Source: Octopus sinensis (lineage: Eukaryota). From it: a DNA stretch of 64,000 nucleotides. The notes beneath the pieces were generated by a model. It searched no databases. It was given only the letters and a program-made list of their open reading frames with translations, and was not told the DNA's origin. Shown one piece after another: positions 62,901 to 64,000 of the stretch; within the stretch, counting starts at the first letter, position 1, and the number at the start of each line of letters is the position of its first letter. The stretch is from assembly GCF_006345805.1 (NCBI RefSeq), contig NC_042997.1:169756001-169820000 (forward strand). The letters are read 5' to 3'. A program made the translations under genes and the position numbers.

Positions 62901-64000
62901 ATAAGTTGTTCATTGTAGTTTAAATTTCTGTTGTCTTTTGTATGCCCCCACCCACCCAATTACTGACACTACTTGTTGGTTTAATTCCTGACAGCAATGC
63001 CACTGTGACCTCCCCGTTGCTGACAAGAAGTGAGATTTAAACTCTGTATGTACACAGTTGGAACAGATATACAAGACATTCTATCTAAAGATCTGACCAT
63101 TCCTCCAATCCACTACCCTGGATTGGTATGTTATTTATTGAACCTGTAAGGATGAAAAACACACTTGACTCCTCAGCAGGATTTGAACTTTGAGTGCAGT
63201 CAACAAATGCCTAAAAGCTTTCTATCTGACTTTCTAATGCCTCTGCCAATTTGCTACCTTTCAGCATATTAATTACACCATTGTTAAGAATAGCTCAGAT
63301 AGATATTATAGCTTACTAGAAAATAAGAATTCTATAATCAAAATTATTTGATCAGTTTTACATAATAGTAATGATTCATGTCCAATAGCAATTATGATGT
63401 TATCGTTTGTTGCCTCAGGTCAGACTTCATTGAACATATATATATATATACCCTCAAAGGTGTTCAAGCCTTGAGCATCGTATCTTTTTGTATATCAAAG
63501 ACTACAATATCCAATGTGTCCTTCCTATTTTTTTTTAAGGACAGTAAGATGGGCTTTAAAAAAAGATTTGGTTGCTATTACTAGCAGGTTGAACGACCAT
63601 TTAGAGGTTTTCTTTATTGGGTGGTGATAGCCGTCACAGCAGTTCAGTTTAAAACATTCAAGCAAATTGCTTACTTTTTTTATTGACTGAAATCGTGTGA
63701 TATTCACCAATTAACAGATATGAATATTGAGCTTACTTTGACATCCAGAATTTCCTTCTAATATAACATGACCAAACATGTATCTATTCTTGAATGTGTG
63801 TTTAATTAGCATGTGCAAAATTCACATTTTTACTTTTGAGTGCATAAGAAAATCAATCTGAAAATCAATTTCACACTAAAAGCTTTATTAATAGTTAGTT
63901 ACAAGTTTGAGTTAGTTACTGCTATCATACCGGAAATTAAAAACATTTTTGAAATTTATTTATTCGTAGAATCCACACTTTGTAATGGATAAATCAATTA

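Noticed and set aside
63540-63630. Possible exon after TTTTTTTAAG (TVRWALKKDLVAITSRLNDHLEVFFIGW*)
   Set aside because: Short, no convincing donor site and no recognised homology.

Overview
AT-rich eukaryotic DNA that is mostly repeats. The SINE families and microsatellite-rich background match what I remember from octopus (coleoid cephalopod) genomes; this taxon call is an inference, not a database result. Only one protein-coding gene is convincing: an uninterrupted 495-aa type II membrane glycosyltransferase of family GT92/DUF23 (4766-6253, +). Almost all other ORF-track entries are microsatellite/SINE artefacts or decayed transposon fragments. Transposon content: several SINE families; RTE, CR1-like and CRE-clade LINE relics; Penelope-like element (PLE) RT and GIY-YIG relics; mariner, maT (DD37D), hAT and piggyBac-type elements; and a Helitron fragment. 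The most interesting signal is a set of small insertions carrying minimal type I hammerhead-ribozyme motifs: eight recognisable cores from about six unrelated sequence families, most with an intact or CpG-decayed self-complementary stem III. The best-preserved one (20565-20607) lies in the loop of a ~90-bp hairpin, itself nested in a mariner element made of two left ends. Other notable structures are two oppositely oriented multimeric arrays of an RTE-3'UTR-like unit (18845-20043 and 30361-32243), a ~430-bp inverted duplication inside an RTE relic, and a near-identical 138-bp templated insertion. Limits: all alignments and translations were done by eye, boundaries of decayed relics are approximate (about +/-50 bp), family names come from remembered consensus motifs, and not every decayed SINE fragment is listed.
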